Positions 24,533-35,207 of a DNA stretch of 64,000 nucleotides are shown in pieces. Origin of the DNA: Rhizodiscina lignyota (taxonomy: Eukaryota); assembly GCA_010015805.1 (NCBI GenBank), contig ML978121.1, forward strand, positions 1,550,001 to 1,614,000. The letters are read 5' to 3'. The first letter of the stretch is position 1; each line of letters begins with the position of its first letter. The notes under the pieces are model-generated. The model did not search any database and was not told where the DNA came from. It saw only the letters and a program-made list of their open reading frames with translations. The position numbers and the translations under genes were made by a program.

Positions 24533-26548
24533 ATGCTGGGCATTTTGAGAGCACCGAGCGCGATCCAGCAAGACAAACGATCATATTTCCCAGGTATCAC
24601 CTTTCGACGCGCGAGGCTGCCATTGATGCTGAAGCAGCAGAACAGCGAACCATTTATAGACTCGGAACGACCTTCTCATATATCCCACAAGCTCTCACAC
24701 CCTTCCACTCCCGCAGAACATGAGGAGGGCGCGGAGGAGATGGATGTCGGGAGGGTGCACTCTCTGAGCACGCTGACGGTGGCTGCCGAGCAAGGCGCGT
24801 GTGCGACGATCCCCTCTCCGAACCCTACGAGACAAGATGAGATACACGAGAGTCCTCTACGGTACGAGAACATAGAGATGTATCCTGAACCCTGGGTTCC
24901 GAGAGTTCCTCTGATGAATGGACGTCGGAATGTTGAGCTGCTGCAAGAAAGGGAGCAGCCAGAATCACTGGGTCGACGTACAAGTTCTTCGGACTTCTTG
25001 GAGTCGCATCATAGTGCTTCTGCCACATCATATGGAGAAGAATCTCCGCCAAATCTCGATACATCCCTCTTGCTCGGAGGGGGCGGACAATATCCGCCTC
25101 CTGCAGCACAGAAAATGAGGCCAATTCAGGATAAGCAAACTCAAGCAGTCGCCAATACTGACTTGTCAGCTTCGTCTCTACGGCTACCTCGACGTATACC
25201 GCAGTTGGTGCAAAGGCTTCGCGTGCAAAAAAGCAAAATCAACGCCGTGCGATCAGACGTTCGTGATCTCCGCAAGCAGTCTGCCAAAAAGCGAAAACGT
25301 GTACGCATTTCACAGGGACGGCTTTTGGAAGCGCAGACTACTGGTGCTGGAGTCAAGCCAGTCGTTATGGCTGACGAGAAACTTCTCCACCTCGCCGAGC
25401 GCATGAAAGTGGCCGAACGAGAATCCAAAGCGTCTGAGGAAAGCCTGGAAAGGGCAGAGAAACGACTCGAGAACTTAGAACACAAGTGGGAAGAGGGTCA
25501 CGAGGAGCTTGATAAGCTTCTAAGGCTGGTAATCTCAGAGGCAATTTTCGATGACGCAAGCGATGCGAACGAAGATGAAGCAACAGATTCCGACTTCGCT
25601 TCCGACTCTCCAAGCGACGACTTACCTCCTCTCGTCCGCAAGTACTACGATGCTGTTGGTCGAATCAATATCACAAGGGAGAGATTGAACGAATTTGAGA
25701 TCGGCCATCAGACAAGGCTGGCCAATAGGGAGCACGCCTTTGAAGAAATGCTAATTGATGGAAAAGTGCCAACCGAGTACATCGCCACGAACCATTTAGA
25801 TGAAGGACTTCTGAATGCCTGGTTTGTGGCATATCGCGATTTCCTGGACGATTATTTCATGATGAGGACCAGTATGGCCTGTGATCTTCTGTGCACGCAC
25901 AAAACGGCAGTTGAGGCCAAGCATCAATATCTTTTACAAACAATGCAGACTCCTGAAGATCCGGACGAGCCAGATGCATTGGACGAAGCAATCAAATACA
26001 ATCTGGACGGGCCCATAGGACGCATGTACGCATTGCACCATGAAGGGAAGCATCATGGCATCCGGCCCATAGAGCTGGTCCAAGTGCCATTTCTCCATTG
26101 GCAAGACCATGTGGAACACTGGAGGATGGAAGTGCTCAGAGAGACACGAGATGTGCCAGTTCAAGATGGTGTCGATCCCGCCACGTACAAACAGGATGAG
26201 CAAAACTCCGATCATTACCGCCGTGGCTTCCAACCCTACTATGATCTTGTCGTCCGCGACGAACGCAAGCTCACCCAATTTTCGGGATCAGCTACCGACT
26301 TTAAACCATCTCACATCATTCTGCCAATGGAAGATGATGTTTCTGGCGTTTCTCCACCATTGCCACCAGTTCACAATGTGTACACTTCGAGAGTGCATTG
26401 GACTTGTTGGTCTGGTGAATTTGAACGCCCTGGACGTCCGCAGTCGATGCCAGACATGTCGCGGACCAGGAAGGGGGACCCTTTCTCTATATGGTCGAAA
26501 ACGAAGCAATCAACATGGGACTGGCAACGGGACATGTTAACAGTATGA
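24533..26548 (+). CDS. Uncharacterised coiled-coil protein, partner A (divergent to DUF6590 copy A)
   Basis: 671-aa uninterrupted ORF (true start may be a later Met); heptad-rich middle; C-terminal block homologous to 30453-31826. Confidence 0.8.
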   Translation: MLGILRAPSAIQQDKRSYFPGITFRRARLPLMLKQQNSEPFIDSERPSHISHKLSHPSTPAEHEEGAEEMDVGRVHSLSTLTVAAEQGACATIPSPNPTRQDEIHESPLRYENIEMYPEPWVPRVPLMNGRRNVELLQEREQPESLGRRTSSSDFLESHHSASATSYGEESPPNLDTSLLLGGGGQYPPPAAQKMRPIQDKQTQAVANTDLSASSLRLPRRIPQLVQRLRVQKSKINAVRSDVRDLRKQSAKKRKRVRISQGRLLEAQTTGAGVKPVVMADEKLLHLAERMKVAERESKASEESLERAEKRLENLEHKWEEGHEELDKLLRLVISEAIFDDASDANEDEATDSDFASDSPSDDLPPLVRKYYDAVGRINITRERLNEFEIGHQTRLANREHAFEEMLIDGKVPTEYIATNHLDEGLLNAWFVAYRDFLDDYFMMRTSMACDLLCTHKTAVEAKHQYLLQTMQTPEDPDEPDALDEAIKYNLDGPIGRMYALHHEGKHHGIRPIELVQVPFLHWQDHVEHWRMEVLRETRDVPVQDGVDPATYKQDEQNSDHYRRGFQPYYDLVVRDERKLTQFSGSATDFKPSHIILPMEDDVSGVSPPLPPVHNVYTSRVHWTCWSGEFERPGRPQSMPDMSRTRKGDPFSIWSKTKQSTWDWQRDMLTV

Positions 26549-28220
26549 GATTCATCCACTATGTTTTCGTTGCGTACTACTCTCGTACAGCCATGCTGTT
26601 TCCTTTCATTGAGTATAACCAATCTAACTGATGGTCGCATTTCTTTCTTCGCTTCATAGTATTGGTTATTCAAATTCATGTAGAATAGATCTGGATTTGA
26701 AGCAGGATTTGAAGCATAGTACAGGCGCATGTTTCTGGACGATTGTCTGCTCGATTTTGATATTCATATTTCTGCTTTATCAACGCATGGAGTTTCGGAT
26801 AGCGATCCCTCGCTCGATATCCATAGACCAGTTTGTTTCGCGACATTACCTCTTCAGGACTTTATTTAAAGTTTTCGTCTAGTCTTTCCTGCTTAAGTCA
26901 AGTTGATAAAGTCTACCAAGCACTCCGTCCACTTCGAGTTACCGGTCACGCTGTGGCTATTCCCCGACGTTTTGTACGGGCTGTTGAAGAAATAGATCGG
27001 GCCTCTCTGATTGCTCAAAAGTTTAACCAAGGCGCACATGAGAAGCCTCGCATATGTCACGGGGAGCAGCATGAGTCGAGATACAAGGCAGATTGATCTT
27101 CATCCTTCATCATTCAGCGACTATTATGCAACAACGTTTGAAAATCCGATGTTGTGTCTCAGCTCATGCCAGCTCACCAAGCAAAACTAACAAAGGGGCG
27201 TATTGAGGCTTAAAGCTAACGCCCGATTGTGATGATCTGGTTCGTGTTTCAGCCTCTCAAAGACGCGTTACCCCCAAAGTGAGGCGCGAGGCTGAGTTGG
27301 GTGCGGTCTATCCGGTATCAAAAGTCCACCCGAGATAATCTGTCGGATCTTTGAGCCCCATTTTCAGCTGTGTTAAAACGGGTCCTTAGTGAATGCACAG
27401 CTGCGTGGGAGGCGAGCATTATTTGGCGCTAAGGAACAAGGATCGGGCCTTTGCGCTGGTGCGGTTCTAGTGGGCATGCGAATACCAGGATCGTCCGTAC
27501 TCAAAATCGACCTTCGGATCATCGACTTTGCAGGCCATGCGCACGCCACACTGCAAGCGCCTACAACAATCCTGGCCACGTCAGTTCTACAGCATAAATG
27601 TACTGAAGTCCACACCAAAGGAACATCAAAAGCCAGTTATCGGTGAGGAGTCCTCGTGTTAGGCCAGCGGCCCATATATCTCCGTTAGCAACGGATAATG
27701 TCGTGGAAAATGAGGCGGCGATCATCTCGAGGAATATGGCCAGGCAAATCCTGTATACATTTGGGGTGGCAAATGATATTGCCGGAAGACATGTGCTGAA
27801 TCTTATGTAATTCTCGCGATTCACATTGGGGCGGTCCATTATCCACGGAAATGGAGGAAGGACTGACCCAACTCTCCATTCTCAATTCTTGGTTAATTGT
27901 TTGGAACGTCTGGCATTCTGTGCTTGCTGCTGGCCTGAAAAACTCTTAGTCCTCTCTCCTCGTATGCTGGAGAACTGACTCATACCATTTCCCTCTTTAA
28001 ACGCTGCAACAATCCTCGGATGGAAGAGAATTCACTACCAGTGAACGCCGCTACTCCAAAGTAAATACCCCCAAGTGTACTGAGGACGATGCACGATCAG
28101 TACCTCAACATATTGATCTCCCGGTGTAAGCCGGAAGCCAGATAACGTATATATCCTGTCGCCTGCAGCGACATATGGCGTATCTTTCCACAGGTCTACC
28201 TCTCTGCTCTGAAGGACCCG

Positions 28221-29676
28221 CTACGTCGCCCCGGCGTAATCAACCGCTGATGTCGCTGCTGCAGCCCGGATATTCCAGACGTTGTAAAAGCTCTGCAGAA
28301 GGATCCTTTTATACTGGTGATGTACTTCACCATATTCGAAGACTTTCACGTTATGTTCTATCGTATAGATCTTTCCGTAGTTCAATCGTGAGATTGAATC
28401 CATTGGCTGGCCCTTCGTAAATGGTTTCACGCGGATCGCATGCTGCATTAAATCCTCGTTTTCTTTCGGTTTCTCCGCTGCCTGTAGCTTAGGCACTTCT
28501 GAGCTGGCGTATATGATGGCATGATGCTCCTTGATTACATCCTTTTTGGATATACCCCTTCGTCCGTACGTTTGAACTGGTCTGATACCCTTAGTATTGG
28601 TTGGAGCAAGCATATAGGCCTGGCACTCACAGACATAGACAATAATCGCTACCTTCTGTTACGACCACAAACCATCTGATCTTTACGCCAATCGGCTGTT
28701 TAAATCTTGCTTCTGTTGCGACCGTGATTCCTGAATTGTCATCTCCGAGCAATTCTGGCCAGAGTATCTTAAATACCTACAACAGGCAAAGATATTAGTC
28801 TACGATCAAACAGCGCCAGATAATAATTATCAACAATTCAGAAATACAGGGAAAGATAATGACTTGACAAACCTTTCCAATGGTGAAGAACTTCGGGCCT
28901 TCTCGTCTTCGATATCCTGTAGTGTCTCCTGTCAATTATATACAGATGGCGCGGAAGCTACTAAAACCTACGCGGATCGAGGCCCTCTTCTTCACCGTCC
29001 GTAGCTTTCAGTTTTCTATACGAGCGCAAACCAGCAGCGTACTGGTTTTCGTCGACAAAAGTCCCATGCTCGCTGATCTCAATGTCCCGAAGCGGTAACT
29101 GCGTCGAAGTCTCTTGCGCATCCACCTGTGCGGCGGCGTCATGTCCTTCTGAGCTCTCAGCTAGTTAGGATGAGGAATCAAAGGGCTAATCGTAGGGGCC
29201 CGGAGCGAAAAGAATGAGGCTCAAGCATCTTGGTAGAGGATTCATTCCGAATCAGTGACACCACACGAAGACTCACCCTCATTGAGAGCGACCTGTGCAA
29301 ACGAACCAGTAAGTCTATCAACAGACTCGTAGTGTCTCCCAGGCTGCAAGTTATATTGCCGAGTTTCGGTGCTGCTATCGCTAGACGACCGACCATGCGA
29401 GTATGGTACGGCAGTAGGTAGTGGTGCATATTGCGCACTCGGCAGCAAGCGTGGATCCGCCGATGAACTGATCGACTATAACGTTAGATATCTTACTTAG
29501 GTCATCTGAGAGCGTGCGTACTGCTGCTCGCTGGCACCGTACGTAGGCTGCTGCGTGGCTGCCCATGGCTCTGCGGGAAGTCGTTGGCCGTTCTGAAAGA
29601 CCCAACATCCTTCCTGAGCCAGCCAGATTCTGTACTGCTGGTAGGTTGGATCCCAATGCCAGTTCACAGACATCAT
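28221..29676 (-). CDS. DUF6590-type protein, copy B, multi-exon
   Basis: Exon 1 MMSVNWHWDPTYQQYRIWLAQEGCWVFQNGQRL; spliced core GLDPRY..FFTIGK|VFKILWPE..KIRWFVVV..CLCL|PVQTYGRRG..HHAIIY..MDSISRLNYGKIYTIEHNVKVFEYGEV; GT..CTRAY..YAG introns; N-terminal exon joins only partly resolved. Confidence 0.8.
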
Positions 29677-30452
29677 CTCACGGGTATAAGGCGAGAACAG
29701 CGTGATGCTGTCAACGCAGCGTTGCCCTGGGCACTCTGCATCGGACGGTTAAATACGGGCTTCCCGTCAGGCCATGAGGCTCTGCTGCAACAATGCCGCC
29801 GGGTGATTCATATCCCCAATGCTTGACAGACACATGTGCTAGATAGTGGGGTAAGCTGTATCTTCAGCTGATTCGAGAACAAGCTTCGCAGCCAGACAGA
29901 CACGCGTCTCTTGACCCGTTCCACTCGACTGCGAAAGGTTAGCCTGGTTTCTCAAAATTCGACTGAGCTGGATTGCTCTAGATTTGTGGAGTAGAGCGTT
30001 GGAAATAAGATGGTGCGTTGAAGGCAGTATCGACTGGTTGCCTTTGAGTACGGAGTACGTGAGTTTGTTTCGCTTGCCTTGTGACTCGCATTCGATTGGC
30101 CTGAAATTCGAAGGAGGCTGGGATGGGCTTGCGGTGGATCACGCCCCCAAATTTCCATCGAATGCGCGGCTATTGAGACGTATCTTCTATCTTACAGCTT
30201 CCGGTCGAAACTTTGGTTCCATATTGCTTTTGTAACGAAGAATGTGATGAGGCAGAGAACAAAAGGCCGCATCTGATGCAATACGAGCACTGAACGAGAA
30301 TCTCAGCGTAACAGAGTTTCGGAGCACGCCGTCTGCCGGGAACGTGCAGTTGCATTTCAGGTGTCTCCTGAGCGTTCCGGTGGCCTGAAGTTGGCGAAAG
30401 GCCCAGGAATCATAGTTAGAGGCTACTGTACAATGTAAAAGATCTGAGCGGT

Positions 30453-31826
30453 ATGGAAGGAGAAGACGGAGCTAGCAAGATGGAGACTGCCGCAGTTCCG
30501 TCCTCTGTTGCCGTAGCGCAAAAGCGCCGGTCGAAAGAACTGAATCAGGCTCGCTCAACGTCTCGGAAAAGGTCATATCTGCCTATTGGAGTTCCGTCAC
30601 GTTTGTTTTCACGACGCGTCTTGATGGCAAGAAAGAGCACAATCGGAGCGGCACGACTAAGTAGACCATCATATTCGAGGCGTTACGGTCCGCTGGCCAA
30701 TCTGAGGGAAGAGCTTTTGGCGGCCCGAATAGAACTGCAAACTGAACGTCACCGTTACCTTGTGCTACAAGATCAGCTGCAATCGATGCATTCGAAGATC
30801 GTCTTGCATCTCAGGGGATCTGCTTCCGGAGCGGTTCAAACCTTAGCGGATATGAATGCCAGTGCCAAAAGAAAGTTCCAAAGAACGAGACAGCAAGAGC
30901 GAAAAGTTAGGAGAGTTGAAACGACATTGAATGCCTTGGAATTTAGGGCTGCCAGACAAGAGGAGGCATATTTCATCACTGTTGCTGCTGCACATCAAGC
31001 AACAAAGGAACCCATGTTAGAACCCTTTCCAGAGCCAGGTGATGTCCTGTCGGACGAATACAGCGTGGAGGATATACCGCAGATCTTGGAAGACTATTAC
31101 GAAGAAGTTGGAACCATCAACATGCTAAGGGAGCATCTCAATGACTTTGAGATCGAATACCGAAAGGAGGTTTTGCGACGGAAGATGCTCGGTGAGGAAT
31201 ACCGAGAACCGCCTGAGAAAGAATTCGAAGTTGATTACCTCCGAGAGCGCCATGGTATGGTCGAGCGGTTGCTTGAAGCAAAAGCAAAAGCTCAAGGGCT
31301 TCAAACACAATGTATTGTGGAAAACATTCCCCCTGAAAACCCTGGTGAGCCAAATCTCCTGGACGAGGCCGTAAAGTATCGTCTTCCTGGTGAGATCGGG
31401 AAGATGTATGCTATGGAAAGTGATGAGAAGCACCACGGATTCAGTCCCATCGAACTCTTACTCGTTCCTCGAGAGCAAAGAGAAGATCGAGTATCGGAAT
31501 GGCAGCGTAATTTGATAGGAGGACATCTGCAACCAACCCAAAGACAGCACCCCGCCCCAGTCTCGGATTCAGGTACTCTTGAGCTCAATTTGTCGCTCTC
31601 AAGTGAGCTAGTTTCCCAAACCGGGCCTGCCACTACGCTAGACCAGCTATCCACTGGCTCCTCAACTGATATTGGCTTTTTGGAGTCTGGCGACATACCC
31701 ACGGCTAGGTCTGAGAGCAGGTTCAACAACTCCACAGGAGATGTCTCTTCCCAGTTGTCAGATCCGTCTCCCACTTCAATGTACGACACTCCACGGAAGA
31801 GGAGACTGTCAAATGGTCGCTACTGA
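30453..31826 (+). CDS. Uncharacterised coiled-coil protein, partner B (divergent to DUF6590 copy B)
   Basis: 457-aa uninterrupted ORF; shares YY..VG.IN..RE.LN.FEI and P..P.EP..LDEA.KY.L.G.IG.MYA....KHHG..PIEL..VP with partner A. Confidence 0.82.
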   Translation: MEGEDGASKMETAAVPSSVAVAQKRRSKELNQARSTSRKRSYLPIGVPSRLFSRRVLMARKSTIGAARLSRPSYSRRYGPLANLREELLAARIELQTERHRYLVLQDQLQSMHSKIVLHLRGSASGAVQTLADMNASAKRKFQRTRQQERKVRRVETTLNALEFRAARQEEAYFITVAAAHQATKEPMLEPFPEPGDVLSDEYSVEDIPQILEDYYEEVGTINMLREHLNDFEIEYRKEVLRRKMLGEEYREPPEKEFEVDYLRERHGMVERLLEAKAKAQGLQTQCIVENIPPENPGEPNLLDEAVKYRLPGEIGKMYAMESDEKHHGFSPIELLLVPREQREDRVSEWQRNLIGGHLQPTQRQHPAPVSDSGTLELNLSLSSELVSQTGPATTLDQLSTGSSTDIGFLESGDIPTARSESRFNNSTGDVSSQLSDPSPTSMYDTPRKRRLSNGRY

Positions 31827-33461
31827 ATGTTTACGGCAAATGATATGAAGATAATCCATACATAGGTATTGGAAGCTCTCATGGGATGAAGTAGTCATTT
31901 CAACATAACGGTTGTCAAGGTGAGTGGCATTATCTAGTAACATGATAACTGTGGCTATACTGATCATTGAATAGACACAGAAGCAAAATCAATCATGACC
32001 CTTCCAGTTTTAAGGCGCTGATCGATGACGTCTCCTCATTTTGAAATTTGAGCATCCATCGCTTGCGAAGCTGATACTTCGTTCCTTCTTGGGCCTGAAA
32101 AAATAATAATGCTGCAGCATTGCTCTAGCAACATAATCCTAACGAAAGCCCAGAGAAAGGCCTAATTGAGATCGAATTAGTAGTCAGATGTACCTGACCG
32201 CTCGCCAGATGCTGATCTCGGTTGATATACTGTTCCCATTCAGGGTAGGCATCGAAGGGTCACTTGTCCGATATGCGGAGCTGCTCGCGTCCCGTGACTG
32301 TGTGTTGGTTGAGAAGAGAGCAAATCAGCAGACGTCTTGAATGTTGGTACGGCAGATGTTTGGCGGGACTGCACGTCGTGCACGGTTTTGGTTGAGATTA
32401 GATATTCATCACCTTAAGCTTGTTTAGCTCCTTCACCCAGAGACGTAATCTACTGAAAGATGTCGCATAGCCGTGGAGAAGGAGTGGCGACTATTCCTTC
32501 GTATGGCTTGACGAAAGTATCTTGAAATGGCGTATGCACTCTACTCCTCTTTGAAAGGTTACATTCTCGTTTCCTGTCGGTCTCCCAAATCACTTCAAAG
32601 GAACTGCCAGATAAAAGAAGACAGCAAAACGCGCAGGAAATTAATTGTTCGAATACACAGCTTGAAAACGAGAATAAAACAATTAAGTCTAATGACCTCA
32701 CCCAAATTCACAAGCCTCGTCCTTTCAGCCCGCTATGGGCCCAAAGCAGAACTTGATTTCTGAAAACAGAAGAGACTGCTCAAGATCCTAAGAAGTCGAA
32801 ATTTTACGAAATCTGAATATTCGAATTACATGCACAGCCTTGAACAACAGAAGAACACCGGCGATACCCCAAGATATCGTACTTACTCTCCTGAAGCATT
32901 GCCAACAAAGCCGAGACTCACCCCTCGTACTCCGTAAGAAACCTCACAAAGCGACTCTAAATCCTAAGTAATTATACTATAATTTAGTATTGATTCTGTC
33001 TCATTTTATTGCTCTACGCCTTTATTCCTCGATGAAGGAGCCAAGCCGCTGCTGACTGCCAAAATTCTCGCTCCCAGAGCTCTATTGAAAATTTCCACCC
33101 ACCCTGCAAGCTTCAGCTCTCAGTTTGCACATCTTTGGTTTAGACAATTCGAGATTTGACAGAGTATAGAGCTGATTTCCTATGCTTCAGAACTGCTTCC
33201 TTCATCCTATACGAGATCCACTGCCTATGATGGTTTCTTTTCTTATTCCGCCCTTGGCCTGTCATATTTTAATGTCACTCCTAAACCTCCGAATTTGAGA
33301 TGTCCGGTTTTGAGAATCCTCTCCATGGCGGTCAGTTTCGTTACAGACTTCACCGCACTCATATTCCAGGCCCAAAGCCATTCCGCTTTCGACATTTGGT
33401 CACGGAGCTAGGGGAAAGAACGAGAGTGAACTTCTGAACGCTTAACGCTGCACCGAAAGGC

Positions 33462-34064
33462 ATGGAGCCCCGAGAGATGGAATTAGAGAGCGAAGAGCGG
33501 TTACTTGACGATGGCCTCCAAATTAAATCTCGAAAATCCTGGAACCATAGACGCATTAGGATAGCAGCGATTGCGCTTCTTGCTATCATATCTGTTCCGC
33601 TCCTTCTCTCTCCCTCCTTACGCCATCGCTCAACAGCCACACCGATACTTTTCGGCGACTGCGGTTCTTCACTGGAGGAAGCCCGCGCAAAGGGCTGCGA
33701 ATTCGACGTTATAAGCTTCACATGGCTCCCACCTGAGTGTCACGATCCGGAATTGGTCGATGACTTTCTCAGCTTGAGCGATAGGGAGTGGTATCAAGAC
33801 CCAAGAGGTCTGGACCCAGCTCCACGCGAGAAGGTCATGAACGGAGAATACCAGAGACTGTTCGTTACAAGAGAATATCACGTATATCACTGCAGGTACC
33901 AATGGCGGAAGATGCACCGCGGCATCCAGAAGCGGGTCATTGATTCGTATATTGGAAGCTACAATCATACGGTGCACTGCGAGATGATGTTGATGCAGGT
34001 TGTGCCGCGCAGCCTCACGGACACGCGGATCAACCGAAAATATATTCAGTGTCAGAGGATATAG
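33462..34064 (+). CDS. Single-pass membrane protein with twin HxxHC motifs (UstYa/DUF3328-related, PhomB-like)
   Basis: TM helix followed by CGSSLEEARAKGCEFD..WLPPEC, HVYHC and HTVHC. Confidence 0.75.
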   Translation: MEPREMELESEERLLDDGLQIKSRKSWNHRRIRIAAIALLAIISVPLLLSPSLRHRSTATPILFGDCGSSLEEARAKGCEFDVISFTWLPPECHDPELVDDFLSLSDREWYQDPRGLDPAPREKVMNGEYQRLFVTREYHVYHCRYQWRKMHRGIQKRVIDSYIGSYNHTVHCEMMLMQVVPRSLTDTRINRKYIQCQRI

Positions 34065-34138
34065 AATGGGAAATGGAAGTCTTGGTTTCATTCAAGTGTT
34101 GGCTCGACCAGACATTACAACAGAAGTTGATCGATCCC

Positions 34139-34733
34139 TCAAGCCCCCTTGCCAGCGACAGTCTGACTCTCGAGCTCATAAGCTGGCGGTTTCCCCATGC
34201 CCTCCAACTCAATGGGTTGGTGATCATCAATCAAACTAATTCTACCCTTCAACTCACCCTTCTGCCCCCTTCTCCTGCCTGTCCGACCCCGCCATTCATG
34301 CACTGCTCTGCATGCGAAGCCCATATATACAAAGTAGAGAACGACTTCCGTAAACAAAAGCATCACCCGGACTACTGCGAGGAAATACCAAGCCGTGCTG
34401 CGTTCGGAGTCCCAAAACACACCAGTGTCCATGGAGAGTCCCATCACTGCTGCAAACACCCAAGGTCCGAGCATGACCAAGACGAGAGTGAGCGCCGTAA
34501 CGGGATGGAGATGCCAGCGCTGTCGAACCTGCAAATACATGCAGATATGAATGGGAAGGTGGACAGTCTCCGCTATGAGTATAAAGATGCGCAGGAAGAC
34601 TTCATATCTGAACAATCGGTCTCAGTAAATAGCGCACGGGTAGGGCCCATAACGTTTACGTACACCACCTGGTCATAGTATGGACTACTATAATACCATA
34701 CTCCGGTCTTATATGGTGCCTCAAAACGGGCAT
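34139..34733 (-). CDS. Small hypothetical membrane protein (about 3 TM)
   Basis: Hydrophobic segments, LHPVTAL motif, C-terminal PPAY; start and a GTACGT..CAG intron are inferred. Confidence 0.55.
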
Positions 34734-35207
34734 AGGACACACTCGCCGATCTTCAAGCAGGACTCGTAAGCACGACCTAAAATATGATACGATATGTGAT
34801 CGCTTCGGCATAGAGCTCTGATCGGGATTGGTCAAGCATCTGCTGTATGACTTCCTTGAATGGATCCCATAACTGAGTCAACTTTTGTGACTTCTGAAGC
34901 TCGACGAGAAGTGGACAGATCAACAGCTGCGGACGACTTGGTAGCCGCTGGGGCGGTTTTGTCTTGCCCTCTTTTCCCCTCTGCTTCACACCTGGAGCGT
35001 TTCCACACTTTACCTTGTCAGCGAGATTGAAATTGTGAAATGATCGGTATGAAAATGGTCGTTAACTCTGTGAATTAAGAATTTTCAAGTTCTTAAAATA
35101 CGATATCGTATCTCCGTAAAATCCGTAGCAGTCGAAATGAGACTAGTGCCAAATCTGGGCGAATCATTTCAACTTCATCCTTCTTCTGATTGTGCAGACG
35201 GTCTAAC

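Noticed and set aside
26900..28200. Hydrophobic short ORF (27561-27839, minus) and splice-like signals between the two modules, a possible third gene
   Set aside because: No consistent gene model and no evident counterpart beside the other module copy; needs RNA-seq
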